DNA of 64,000 nt from Dudresnaya verticillata (Eukaryota). Both the position numbers and the translations under genes were made by a program. The number at the start of each line of letters is the position of its first letter. Within the stretch, counting starts at the first letter, position 1. Below the pieces are notes generated by a model. The model saw nothing but the letters and a program-made list of their open reading frames with translations, was not told the DNA's origin and ran no database searches. Shown piece after piece: positions 52,330 through 61,915 of the stretch. The DNA is taken from the NCBI GenBank assembly GCA_977862235.1, contig OZ374561.1, forward strand, positions 1,860,001 to 1,924,000, written 5' to 3'.

Positions 52330-54525
52330 ATGAATCCAGCCTTCCTCGCGCCGCTGCCGACGCGCTCGCGAGCGCGAGCTCCTCCCGCTCTTGCCAAGCG
52401 CCCGCGCGTCCCGTTGCGCCCAGCCGTGCCGAGCCATGTGCGCGCCCTACCCCACCAGACCCAAGTGGGGCCGCGTGTTGCCGTGCGCAGAAACGCTACA
52501 GTCGCTATTGCGGAAACTGCGGGAGATGCCGCCTTCATGGGTGGCGTCACAGAGGCTCTGGAGTTTCTTGCTGCGACTACCCTTGTCATTCCCATCTTTC
52601 GTCGCCTAAAACTCTCTCCAATTCTCGGCTTTCTGCTAGCGGGCGTCTTGCTGGGCCCGCATGGCTTCCGTCTCATTAAGGACGTTGAAGACATCCGTGA
52701 TATTGCAGACTTTGGCGTCCTATTCCTGCTTTTCGAGATGGGACTCGAGCTCTCTCTGGACCGGTTACGAAAGCTTCGCAAGTATGCTTTCGGCATGGGC
52801 ACAATACAAGTCGCTGCGACGTCATCCGTTCTGGGTCTGGGTGCATACGCCATGGGCGGCACCGCTGCAGAAAGCGCTGTCATAGGCTTGGCCTTGTCTC
52901 TGTCCTCGAGTGCTTTCATCCTGCAGATTCTTGCCGAGAAGGGAGAGCGACAGTCTCGGGCCGGTGTTGCTACATTCGGAATCCTACTTCTTCAGGATAT
53001 TGCTGTCGTTCCCCTTCTACTGCTCGTCCCGATGTTGGGCTCAATTGGTGCTTTCAACCCGACTGATATGGGTGATAATGTTTTCATGGCAATCAAAGCA
53101 GGCATAAAAGACGTCGTAGCGACACTGGGGACTCTTAACATGGTCATCTTAGCGGGAGGTGCTATTCTACGTCGCGTATTCACCTTGGTTGCAGAAAGCA
53201 AGTCCTCGGAGGCCTTCACGTCCGCTGTACTGCTAACCGCTCTCGGGACCGCAATGCTGACACAGGAGATGGGCCTCTCTATGACCATGGGCTCGTTCCT
53301 AGCGGGTATCCTTCTTGCAGAGTCATCATTCCGATCGCGCATCAAGATAGATCTGGAACCCTTCCGTGGTTTGTTCCTCGGCCTCTTTTTTATTACAACG
53401 GGCATGTCATTAGACCTTTCACTTTTCGTGTCGCAACCGGGTCAGATTGCCTTTCTGATCGGCGCCCTCATCTTTTGGAAAAGCACCATCACCACCCTCA
53501 TCGGCCTCCCGTTTGGCCTGTCACTTGCAGAATCCGTGCGTGTCGGCCTGCTCATCGGCCAAGGAGGGGAGTTTGCTTTCGTCCTGTTCGCCCTCGCGAA
53601 TAAGTTGGGCTTCCTTCCTGATGACATCAATGCATTCCTCATCACGACAGTCGTCGCTTCCATGGCACTTACGCCCCTTTTATATGAGGCAGGGACCAAG
53701 CTGGCGCCGCGAATTGATGCTGTGGTTGGCTCTTCAGGCGGCACCGTGACATCTGAGGCCGCTATCCAAGAAGTGGCCGAATCGGAACTTGGCTTTGTGC
53801 TGATATTTGGATATGGACCTGTCGGGCGGGTGGTGGGCCGGATGTTGTCGCGAAAGTTTATTCGGTGGGTTGCTGTTGAGATTGACATGAAACGGGTGAA
53901 CAAGGCTGTTGAGTCCAACTTGCCTGTAGTGTACGGCGACAGTTCTCGACCGGCAGAATTTCTGGAAGCGAATGGACTCGGGAAGCCTGAAGTGTTTGTA
54001 ATCACGCACTCGGACGATGGAATCGTGGATGATGTGCTCTCTGCAGTACGAAATAGCTTCCCAGACCGACCCGTTTACGTGCGAGCGCGAAACGTGAAAC
54101 AGCAAAAGGAGCTTCTACGACGAGGTGCTAGAGCTATGTACCCCGAGACGTTTGAAACTAGCTTGCAGCTGGGACAAAGCGTACTCGAGGGTTTCAACAC
54201 GTCCCGCGTGGATATTAAGTCAATTAAGGCAGAAGTGCGGGGAGATAGTGGCCTTACTGAGGTCTTTTCCGAATATGAAGACTGGTTTGATAAGAACATG
54301 CGAAAACCAGGTGGGCGGGCTGAGTCAAGCGAAATGTTCGAAGGTGAACAAGGTACGGAAGTGAATATAAAGGAGGTGAAGAAAGACGTGGCTACCAATA
54401 TATTGGAAACAGACAAGGGAGTTGAGTTGAGCCGAACAAATTTGAAATCGGATGCTGTTCCGAACCCGATGGTGAATGGAGTGGACTTTGCATCCCACAT
54501 CGAGTCATCAGGAGGGAAGAGCTGA
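52330..54525 (+). CDS. Plastid K+/H+ antiporter (CPA2/KefC family, KEA3-like) with KTN/TrkA-N domain
   Basis: LSPILGFLLAG, FGVLFLLFEMGLELS..RL, LSLSSSAF.LQ.L.EKGE, GILLLQDIAVVP, PFRGLFLGLFF, GQGGEFAFV, SMALTP, and KTN IFGYGPVG..VYGD. The short N-terminus lacks the KEA1/2 coiled coil. Start MNPAFL at 52330. Confidence 0.9.
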   Translation: MNPAFLAPLPTRSRARAPPALAKRPRVPLRPAVPSHVRALPHQTQVGPRVAVRRNATVAIAETAGDAAFMGGVTEALEFLAATTLVIPIFRRLKLSPILGFLLAGVLLGPHGFRLIKDVEDIRDIADFGVLFLLFEMGLELSLDRLRKLRKYAFGMGTIQVAATSSVLGLGAYAMGGTAAESAVIGLALSLSSSAFILQILAEKGERQSRAGVATFGILLLQDIAVVPLLLLVPMLGSIGAFNPTDMGDNVFMAIKAGIKDVVATLGTLNMVILAGGAILRRVFTLVAESKSSEAFTSAVLLTALGTAMLTQEMGLSMTMGSFLAGILLAESSFRSRIKIDLEPFRGLFLGLFFITTGMSLDLSLFVSQPGQIAFLIGALIFWKSTITTLIGLPFGLSLAESVRVGLLIGQGGEFAFVLFALANKLGFLPDDINAFLITTVVASMALTPLLYEAGTKLAPRIDAVVGSSGGTVTSEAAIQEVAESELGFVLIFGYGPVGRVVGRMLSRKFIRWVAVEIDMKRVNKAVESNLPVVYGDSSRPAEFLEANGLGKPEVFVITHSDDGIVDDVLSAVRNSFPDRPVYVRARNVKQQKELLRRGARAMYPETFETSLQLGQSVLEGFNTSRVDIKSIKAEVRGDSGLTEVFSEYEDWFDKNMRKPGGRAESSEMFEGEQGTEVNIKEVKKDVATNILETDKGVELSRTNLKSDAVPNPMVNGVDFASHIESSGGKS

Positions 54526-55046
54526 AAGGCGCGAACAGATACAGTGCAGATGATGAGTAACAGTTTTGTATAGATGCCGGCTCAGGTACCACTGAAGGTG
54601 TAGAATATGTTATCTAACCTGAGCACGTGTGTTAGGACAGCTAAACTTTTAATGTATGATGGCAAAGGTGAAGCTATGCGACATGTCATGGAGTAGCAGG
54701 ACAGGTTCTGCCGGGGAGTCGTAAAGTTTACCACAGGAGGCTTTTTTTTGCACCAATTCGGCTTCCACTGGTACGGCCCATAGGGCCATTCCAATGACAT
54801 TTTTAAGGTCCCGGCTGGGCCGAGCCGAGCAATTATTCCTGAAGCACGCCCACGGTGCCCAACAGGACGTTGGCGTAGATGGGCACCACCATCATCCCGT
54901 AACTGGTGCTTGCCTCTGCCAACTTCACTGTCCTGTTGACGCAAGACCTTGCTCCTTCGCGACCCACGTCCCCCGCCGCTGCACAAACAACTGTTTGTAC
55001 CACGCCAGGACTCGCGCCGCGCCCGGGATCGCCACCACACTGCAAA

Positions 55047-56702
55047 ATGTTTCGCAAGCGAGGTCGCTCAACGCCACCGCCGCAGCTGCCGCCACCGGAA
55101 CAGCAAGACGAGGAGGAAGAGGACGAAGTGCGCCCCTCGCCGAGCCCGAACCCAACGCCGCCATCAGCATTGTCTCCGTCAGACGAAGCGCGCCCAAGAC
55201 GCGCCTCGCCGGAAACAGTGCGTTTCGAAACGGGCAACCCGGAGACCGGTGCCATAACAGCGGGGCAGTTAGAGCTGCGCCCAACTGCGGGAACATCATC
55301 CATCGTTCTAGTCGAGTCGGTTCCGGGGCTGATGACCCCGGCGGACTTCTGTAAGTTCGTTCGCCCGTTCGGAGACGTCATCCTGCACTTCCGCCCACTG
55401 CGCCTGGCCACCGAGCGTAACCGCTACGTCGTCGTTATTATGCTACGTACGACCGAGGACGCTACCAAGTTCGCACAGGTCTTTCAAGGAAAGCATTTCC
55501 TGCGGGGGCTCGTGCAAGAGACGTGCGAAGTGCGAGAGGTTGCGGGTATGGCCTTCGATGGACCCAACGGACCTATCGACTCGGCTCAGGGCGTTTTTCC
55601 GAGCTCAGCTATGTTCCCTAACGAAACACCGACGGACTCGCAACGGCAGGCTTGCCCCGTGTGTCTCGAGCCGCTTGAACTTCCGGGTAAAGCGCTTGTT
55701 ACCACCTTTTGCAACCATACCATGCATGCAGCTTGCCTCGCACAATGGGACCTTAACAAGTGCCCTGTGTGCCGGCATATACATGAACTAACGCCAGAGG
55801 CGTCAACTTGTATGACCTGCGACCATCGCGAGGACCTGTGGATGTGCGTTATCTGTGCCTATGTCGGCTGTGGCGTTTATAAGAAGAAGCACGCGCACCA
55901 ACACTTTGCCGAGACACATCATCCCTTCGCAATGAACTTGGAAGACTACACGTTCTGGTCAGGCGAAAAGCTTCGCGCGGGGTCTGTGTGGGACTACAGT
56001 TCTGATAGATTTGTGAATCGCTTGCTCACCAGTGACGATGGCAAGATTGTGGAAGTCACCCACGACGCACGCCCTGGCGAAGCGGGCTCTTCTACTAGCG
56101 AAAGGGCGTCTGAGGTTTGCTGTGGATCGAGCTCAGCAGCAGCAGCAGCGGTTGTAATAGGTGATGATGACGAAGAGAACGATCGCGGCCTCCAGGCGGC
56201 GGTTTATGCAAGTCGGATGGACGCGGTTGTGGAGGAATATCGGGCTCGGATGCAACGTATGGAAGCGGAGCACGCGGCAGAAATTGAAAAGCTAAAGATT
56301 GAGCTGCGGACTCAGCGCCAAAGCATCTCAGAGATGCAAAAAGAGCGGAAAGCGCTTAACCGGCGTGTGGTAGATGCGGAGAAGGAGACGAAGAAATTGC
56401 GGGACAAGAATGGATTCTTGAAGAGCCTCAATGAAACGCTACTGCGAGACAAACAGGGCTGGAACGACGAGGTTGATAAGGTCAAAGCACAACTGCTGGA
56501 GTCAGAGAAGAAGAGGGAAGGACTCGAAGAGCAATTGCGCGACCTCATGATGCACTTGGAAGCTCAATCTAAGATTGCTGGAGCGTCTGATTCTTGCCGC
56601 TCAGACGCTTCTGAACTTCTAGGAGGTGACGTTTTGCGGGTAGGACCGTCTCCGAGACAACGATTGGCCAGAAAAACGAATCGTAGATGTCCAGCAGATT
56701 AA
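55047..56702 (+). CDS. BRAP2: BRAP2/BRIZ/ETP1-like E3 ligase (BRAP2 RRM-like + RING + ZnF-UBP + coiled coil)
   Basis: VP..MTPADF..F, NRYVV, RING CPVCLE..T.CNH.MH.ACL..W....CPVCR, ZnF-UBP LWMCVICAYVGCG.Y...HA..HF.ET.H..VWDY..D.FV.RL, and LEEQLRDLMMHLEAQ. Confidence 0.93.
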   Translation: MFRKRGRSTPPPQLPPPEQQDEEEEDEVRPSPSPNPTPPSALSPSDEARPRRASPETVRFETGNPETGAITAGQLELRPTAGTSSIVLVESVPGLMTPADFCKFVRPFGDVILHFRPLRLATERNRYVVVIMLRTTEDATKFAQVFQGKHFLRGLVQETCEVREVAGMAFDGPNGPIDSAQGVFPSSAMFPNETPTDSQRQACPVCLEPLELPGKALVTTFCNHTMHAACLAQWDLNKCPVCRHIHELTPEASTCMTCDHREDLWMCVICAYVGCGVYKKKHAHQHFAETHHPFAMNLEDYTFWSGEKLRAGSVWDYSSDRFVNRLLTSDDGKIVEVTHDARPGEAGSSTSERASEVCCGSSSAAAAAVVIGDDDEENDRGLQAAVYASRMDAVVEEYRARMQRMEAEHAAEIEKLKIELRTQRQSISEMQKERKALNRRVVDAEKETKKLRDKNGFLKSLNETLLRDKQGWNDEVDKVKAQLLESEKKREGLEEQLRDLMMHLEAQSKIAGASDSCRSDASELLGGDVLRVGPSPRQRLARKTNRRCPAD

Positions 56703-56980
56703 GGGTGCTGCCATGGGAAGAGAAGGCTTCAGTTTGATACAGACGGCCTTTAGTATGCATGAAAATGTTCTACGCATTGCCCATGGGAGGGATAATGTTG
56801 GGTGGCCCACTCTATGCGAACCACGACTTGTATAACAAAACACTTGAAAGCAAACTCAGGCAAAATGCCACATCCCAGCCTCGAAGGGCGGCTTCAGATC
56901 CTCCTGCAATTTCCCCCCCAGAGCCCATGTTCCAACTCATTACATCATGTGCACGGGCCTCGTTGCTCACTCGGTCTCCT

Positions 56981-57436
56981 TCATTGCATTTCGAACTGTC
57001 CATACTGCTGTTCGTATGCGTCATCGAAATGGTTCATTTCCAGCTTGATGCCTTCTGAGCGGGGGTATCCCGAACAAGTGAGCACGTAGCCCTGATTCTT
57101 GAGATCATCGGTAATGGACGCAAATCCTAGATCGACCTCTCCTGCGAGCAATTTGGCAGCGCATGTGACACACACGCCGGCCCGGCACGAATGGAGCACC
57201 TCCTTGCCATACTCCTCGATGCCTTCCAACAGGGTCATCGTCTCATCAATGGGCACCGTGTGGACTCCTTCGTCGCCGCCGAAATCGATCTCCACGTTGT
57301 ACACCTTCATCGTGGGGCGTGTCCGGGTCGGGGTCCGCGAGTGCGGGGCGCGGCGGGGGGACAAGGGCGCACGCGCAGTCGCTCTTGTCAGAGCGGAGCG
57401 CGCAGCGGCTGCGGGGACGAACGCAGGCGGCGTCAT
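56981..57436 (-). CDS. Plastid 2Fe-2S ferredoxin, atypical FdC/Fed3-like
   Basis: Transit peptide MTPPAFVP, CRAGVCVTC..GEVD..GYVLTC.GYPRS, and C-terminal extension DAYEQQYGQF. Confidence 0.9.
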   Translation of the reverse strand: MTPPAFVPAAAARSALTRATARAPLSPRRAPHSRTPTRTRPTMKVYNVEIDFGGDEGVHTVPIDETMTLLEGIEEYGKEVLHSCRAGVCVTCAAKLLAGEVDLGFASITDDLKNQGYVLTCSGYPRSEGIKLEMNHFDDAYEQQYGQFEMQ

Positions 57437-58699
57437 GGCGGCTGAGAAGAGCGGGGTAGCGGCGTGGGTCAGGCGGGACGGGCGAGAGGACGAAGGGCGG
57501 CTGGATCGCGCGAAACGTGGCTGTGGGTGAGCTCGAACGGGAAGGCGTGGCTCCTTCGGAGATTGGCAGCGTAATTTGGTGACCACCGTGTGGTTGATGT
57601 CGATTGGCAAAATTTCTTGGATTTGTGGCTGCTGCTGCGCATGGCAAGCTGTGAATCACAGGATTATCATCTGGGAGTGGCGCTTGCCGCTTGGGTGGCT
57701 CCTATTCGGGAATATCACTGCCCCTCCGCACCTGAACCGCCAGATTGCTGTGACAACAGCTCAGAGTGTCACAGTGCCAACGTACCGCCGTCGTTCCCGG
57801 TGCTGCGTCTTACTACATGTGCAGACCCAACCTCTTTGTTGCTTTGCCTCAATGACGGCCGTTCCTGAACAGGTTTTGTAGAATCAAAGATATTGCAGGA
57901 GGTATTTTGACGATGCAGACACTTGATGATGATATTTAGGCGGCACTTTGCAGAGCGCAAGTTTTGAGCGATTCATACGAGTATCCAAGGCGTGTTCCTT
58001 CGACCAAAGTTTGTTTATGCGAGTGCCCTCACTTTCTTTGTCTGAGAACGGAAGCGCCCGTGTCATCTGCATCTGTATGATGCTCGTGACATATTAAGAC
58101 TCCAAAGAACTGCTCCAGGGAGTTCTGCCTCTTCCAGATGAATAGGCGGAATCATGCCGATACAAAACAAGACTTCTTCAGCGGCCATGTTCATTCCTGT
58201 AGGATTGTGCTGTTGCTACTGACCTTGCAATGCGCAGTACCATTGCCCTACTCTGTACTGCTGAGTCGGCAGTGCTATTGATGGAAGATTTCTTGTCTCC
58301 TCGGAGCACCCAAGGGCTTGGCAGGGTACCCCTCAAAGGGTAAAGACAGTGCTGTTGTGATGCACAAACTCTCAGTACTAGAGTGCTACTAGCCTACTCA
58401 TGCGGTGCAGTGCCGGAATGATGGTTGCAATCGACTGTTTTCAAAAGTTCCATATTTCTGCACCTGTGTTTTTTCTCTCCAGAAGTCTTGATCCGGACAA
58501 AGCGCCTTTTCTTTCCCCTCGAGTGCATTTATTCCGGCGTCGTCAGCCCCGCCACTTTTTTGTCTTCCCTTCCGTTGTCGCCAATACTTCGTCGCCCGCC
58601 TCTGGCCTCTTCGCACTCTATTCAAAGCGACTCGCACCCCCGCTTGTGCCTTCGCTCGGTCTTGGCCAAGCGACGTGCGCGCGCACACGTGAGCACGTG

Positions 58700-59266
58700 A
58701 TGGGCCCGGAGGGCGCACGAGAGTGGAAGCCGTTGCGACCGAACATCCTCGTTACCGGCACGCCTGGCACAGGCAAGTCGACGCTGTCGAAGCAGCTTGC
58801 CACTGAAGTGGGCCTGCGCCACATCGATGTCGGAGAGTTTGCCAAGGAAAGAGGCCTACTTGCAGACCATAACGAGAAGCTCAACTTTCACTACATGCAT
58901 GAGGATGACGTGTTGGACGCTTTGGAGCCCATAATGAAAGACGGTGGCGTTGTGCTGGACCATCACAGCTCGGACTGGTTTCCTGAGCGATGGCTCCAAA
59001 TTGTCGTTGTTCTCCGCGCCTCTACGGAGGCTCTGTACGACCGCCTCGAGTCGCGCAATTATGCAAAGGCAAAGCTGGATGAGAATATGCAGGCGGAGAT
59101 TATGCAGGTGTCAAGGGACGAGGCATTGTCGAGCTACGCTAACGCAAAGTTTCTTGAGCTCGAAAATAACGTAGAGGAGCACAAGAGGCGTAACATCGTG
59201 CAAATCAAAAAACTATGGTCAGGTCTTGTCAACGGTGCTGGGGCGAGCAATAGTGTTGAGGGCTAG
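58700..59266 (+). CDS. AK6: Adenylate kinase 6 / Fap7 / hCINAP
   Basis: PNILVTGTPGTGKST, VVLDHH...FPERW..VVVLR, LYDRL..R.Y...K..EN..AEIMQV...EA..SY. Confidence 0.95.
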   Translation: MGPEGAREWKPLRPNILVTGTPGTGKSTLSKQLATEVGLRHIDVGEFAKERGLLADHNEKLNFHYMHEDDVLDALEPIMKDGGVVLDHHSSDWFPERWLQIVVVLRASTEALYDRLESRNYAKAKLDENMQAEIMQVSRDEALSSYANAKFLELENNVEEHKRRNIVQIKKLWSGLVNGAGASNSVEG

Positions 59267-59524
59267 ACTCTTATAATGGCAATAGTTGTCCGTAGTGAAG
59301 CTGAACCGCAACCGAAATGCGATGCTTCAAACGGAAAATGTACATATGGCTACAGCAGTTATACTGTCTAAACTGACTACAACAGAGTGCAAGAATAAAG
59401 ACTATAAGAGCTAGGGGTAGCGAACAAACAATTGCCCTAGCGCACCCGCAGATTTGGCTTAACAACTTCTATACCGTTGCTTTCGCACTCACATCAGCCG
59501 ACATGGGAATGGAATGATTGACCG

Positions 59525-61915
59525 TTATTTGTTCCCACGCCGTCTCTTCGCAAGAGTCTCCTTTCGCTTCTTCACATGCTTTGGCACCTTGTTCTCTCTC
59601 TTCTCTCTAGCTTCCGCCTTCACTCGCTTCTTCCACTCTTTCTTCGTCATACCCATATATGGGTCTGCAGCTTCCTCGCGGGACTTGCGAACCCAGCCAT
59701 CCCCTGAGGAGCTGTCTGATTCGCCATTATCCTCAAAGTACTGATCATCGTCCAACTGTGTCTCACTCGTTGCGTCCACCGCTTGCTGCCCAAAGCTACT
59801 ACCTGCCCCAAACGCTGCATCCTGATTTGATTTTTCCTCCAGTATTCGAGAGTAGCGCCGGTTGTCAAGCTCCTCCCCATTCGGTCTCGAGCTGCTGTTC
59901 GAAGTACACGGCGATGAGCTTCTCATACGAAGTTTGTCAGGGGCCGGTAGTGTACGGACAGTTGCGGGCTCGACCAACGGAATCTCGAGGTTCGGCATCA
60001 CATCTCCTTTCTCGCAGCCACCGTCCACCGCAAACGAGTACGGGTCCTGACGAGAATCATCGTCTCCTGCTGCAGCTGTAGCAGCAGTGTGTAATCCACC
60101 AGACGCACCAGCCTGGCTGCCTTCCGACACAGACGGGCTCTTAGATGGCCGTGAGGATGCTCGCTCCCGCTTCTGGGTTAAAGTCAGCCCTGTAAGCTTT
60201 GCAAAAAGGTTTTGCTCCAAGTCCTCAACGGGCTTGCCGTGCAAGTGATCTTGCACCTCAACCTCCTGTAAAGTTCTTGGGATGTAGGATCTCATGAAGA
60301 CCTCATCATCTTCCAGCGCTCGCTTGGTATCAGCTGCATCCCTTGCAGCGGCTGCAGCAATAACAGACTTCAATACCTTCTCCTGCTCCTCCTGGCCCTC
60401 TCCAATGTGTTCACCCGTCACAAAATCAAACAGCTCCCTGACTGACAGAATCGGGCCATTACTAGTGCGGCGGAAAAAGTCGTTGACATTCGCACAGTCA
60501 CGACGCAGGAAATCGAGGGCCATAGGGTGATCGTCTTCAACGCTCTGACTGACATCAATAATAATCACTTCACCCTTCCAGTACAACATGTTGTACTCGC
60601 TCAAGTCGCCGTGCACAAGACCAGCGGCGCGAAACATTTTTCGCATGAGAAAACACACTCGAAAGTAGCACTTTGCGAGCCGAGAGGGTGACAAGGCAGC
60701 ATCTTTTAGACGCGGAGCTGGCCAGCCGTCCTTGCCAAAGAAGGACATGATGAGGACTGGGGGCTTGAGTAGCAGCGGTATAGGGGCGGGGATTCCGGCT
60801 TCCTGCAGGCGAATCTGATTGCGAAACTCCTTCTCGGCCCATTGTTGGACCATCTTGCGGTTGGAGCCTCGCTGATAGCCGCCCCTTCTGAAGCGAAACT
60901 CGCCGGCAACATAGCGCTCGCGGTCCTTAAACTGCAGGACAGACGTCTTGAAGACCTTGACGGCGACAGCGGCATCAGGCGAGTAGTCATGCGCGAGAAG
61001 GCCATTGTTGGGCGGCAGCGAGCCGTCGGGGCGCGGGGTGGCAGCCGGGTCAGACGCGGCGGTGGCAAAGTAGACGTTGGCCTCCTTGCCGGTGGAGACG
61101 CAGCCATCGAGGGTGCGCAGGCGGTTGCGCGAGAGTAGACGGAACAGAATCATACGGGTGCGCGGGTCCAGGACCTGCTCGACGGTAGCACGGTGCAGCT
61201 TGTCGCGGGCATTGTTCTCACGACGCTTGTCCTCAGTGCGCTGGTGCACGCTGAGGGCGGCATTGGCTGCGGCGACGCTCTGCGCGTGGGGACCCGTGGG
61301 GCCCGACAGCGCAGACGAACGCGAGATGGCGCGCGCAAACTTCTTGGTGAGGTCGGCGCCGGCGTTCGGACCGGCGGTGTTGGCGACCCAGTCGCCAATG
61401 TCGTCCAGGTCGTCGTACACGGCGTCCGTGCGGTGGTCGTGCTCGCGCTCCGCGGCGTGCACGGGGGAGGCGGGGGCAGGCGCGGCGAGGTCGGCCGCGG
61501 ACGGGACCAGAAACGGGTCGAGCTCCTCATACTCGGACGGGCCCGCGGCGGGCGGCGCGGCACCGGGCGACTCCCGCGCGAGCGGGACGGCAAAGTGGTA
61601 GCCCGAGACGATGTCCGGCGAGAACGAGTCGTCGTCGCCGAGGTCGGTGCGCGTGTGCGGGGCGGCGTCGATCAGGTAGCGGGTGCGCGCGCGCGGCTGC
61701 GCCGCGGCGACGGGCGAGGGCGCGGCGCGGTGTGGCGCGGGCGCGTGGCGCGACGCGGCGTTGGACGCGGCGGCTGCGGCGGCGGATGGCGGCGGCGGCG
61801 GCGGCGGAGCCGGGCGCGACGCGGACGGCGACGAAAGCGCCGAGAACAGCGACGGCGTGGACAGCGGGCGGAAGATGGCGGAGCGCTCCGGGGCCGGGGC
61901 GTACGCGGGGGCCAT
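59525..61915 (-). CDS. RIO1: Serine/threonine kinase RIO1
   Basis: RATVEQVLDPRTR.IL, GCVSTGKEANVY, AVKVFKTSVL.FKDR..YV.GEFRFR, WAEKE.RN, LVHGDLSEYNML, IIDVSQSVE.DHP.ALDFLRRDC.NV, and K-rich C-terminus KVPKHVKK. The likely start is MAPAYAP at 61915. Confidence 0.96.
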   Translation of the reverse strand: MAPAYAPAPERSAIFRPLSTPSLFSALSSPSASRPAPPPPPPPSAAAAAASNAASRHAPAPHRAAPSPVAAAQPRARTRYLIDAAPHTRTDLGDDDSFSPDIVSGYHFAVPLARESPGAAPPAAGPSEYEELDPFLVPSAADLAAPAPASPVHAAEREHDHRTDAVYDDLDDIGDWVANTAGPNAGADLTKKFARAISRSSALSGPTGPHAQSVAAANAALSVHQRTEDKRRENNARDKLHRATVEQVLDPRTRMILFRLLSRNRLRTLDGCVSTGKEANVYFATAASDPAATPRPDGSLPPNNGLLAHDYSPDAAVAVKVFKTSVLQFKDRERYVAGEFRFRRGGYQRGSNRKMVQQWAEKEFRNQIRLQEAGIPAPIPLLLKPPVLIMSFFGKDGWPAPRLKDAALSPSRLAKCYFRVCFLMRKMFRAAGLVHGDLSEYNMLYWKGEVIIIDVSQSVEDDHPMALDFLRRDCANVNDFFRRTSNGPILSVRELFDFVTGEHIGEGQEEQEKVLKSVIAAAAARDAADTKRALEDDEVFMRSYIPRTLQEVEVQDHLHGKPVEDLEQNLFAKLTGLTLTQKRERASSRPSKSPSVSEGSQAGASGGLHTAATAAAGDDDSRQDPYSFAVDGGCEKGDVMPNLEIPLVEPATVRTLPAPDKLRMRSSSPCTSNSSSRPNGEELDNRRYSRILEEKSNQDAAFGAGSSFGQQAVDATSETQLDDDQYFEDNGESDSSSGDGWVRKSREEAADPYMGMTKKEWKKRVKAEAREKRENKVPKHVKKRKETLAKRRRGNK

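Noticed and set aside
57925..58045. ATGATGA ... CTGA resembling a C/D-box snoRNA
   Set aside because: I could not identify a terminal stem or an rRNA-complementary guide, and short boxes occur by chance.
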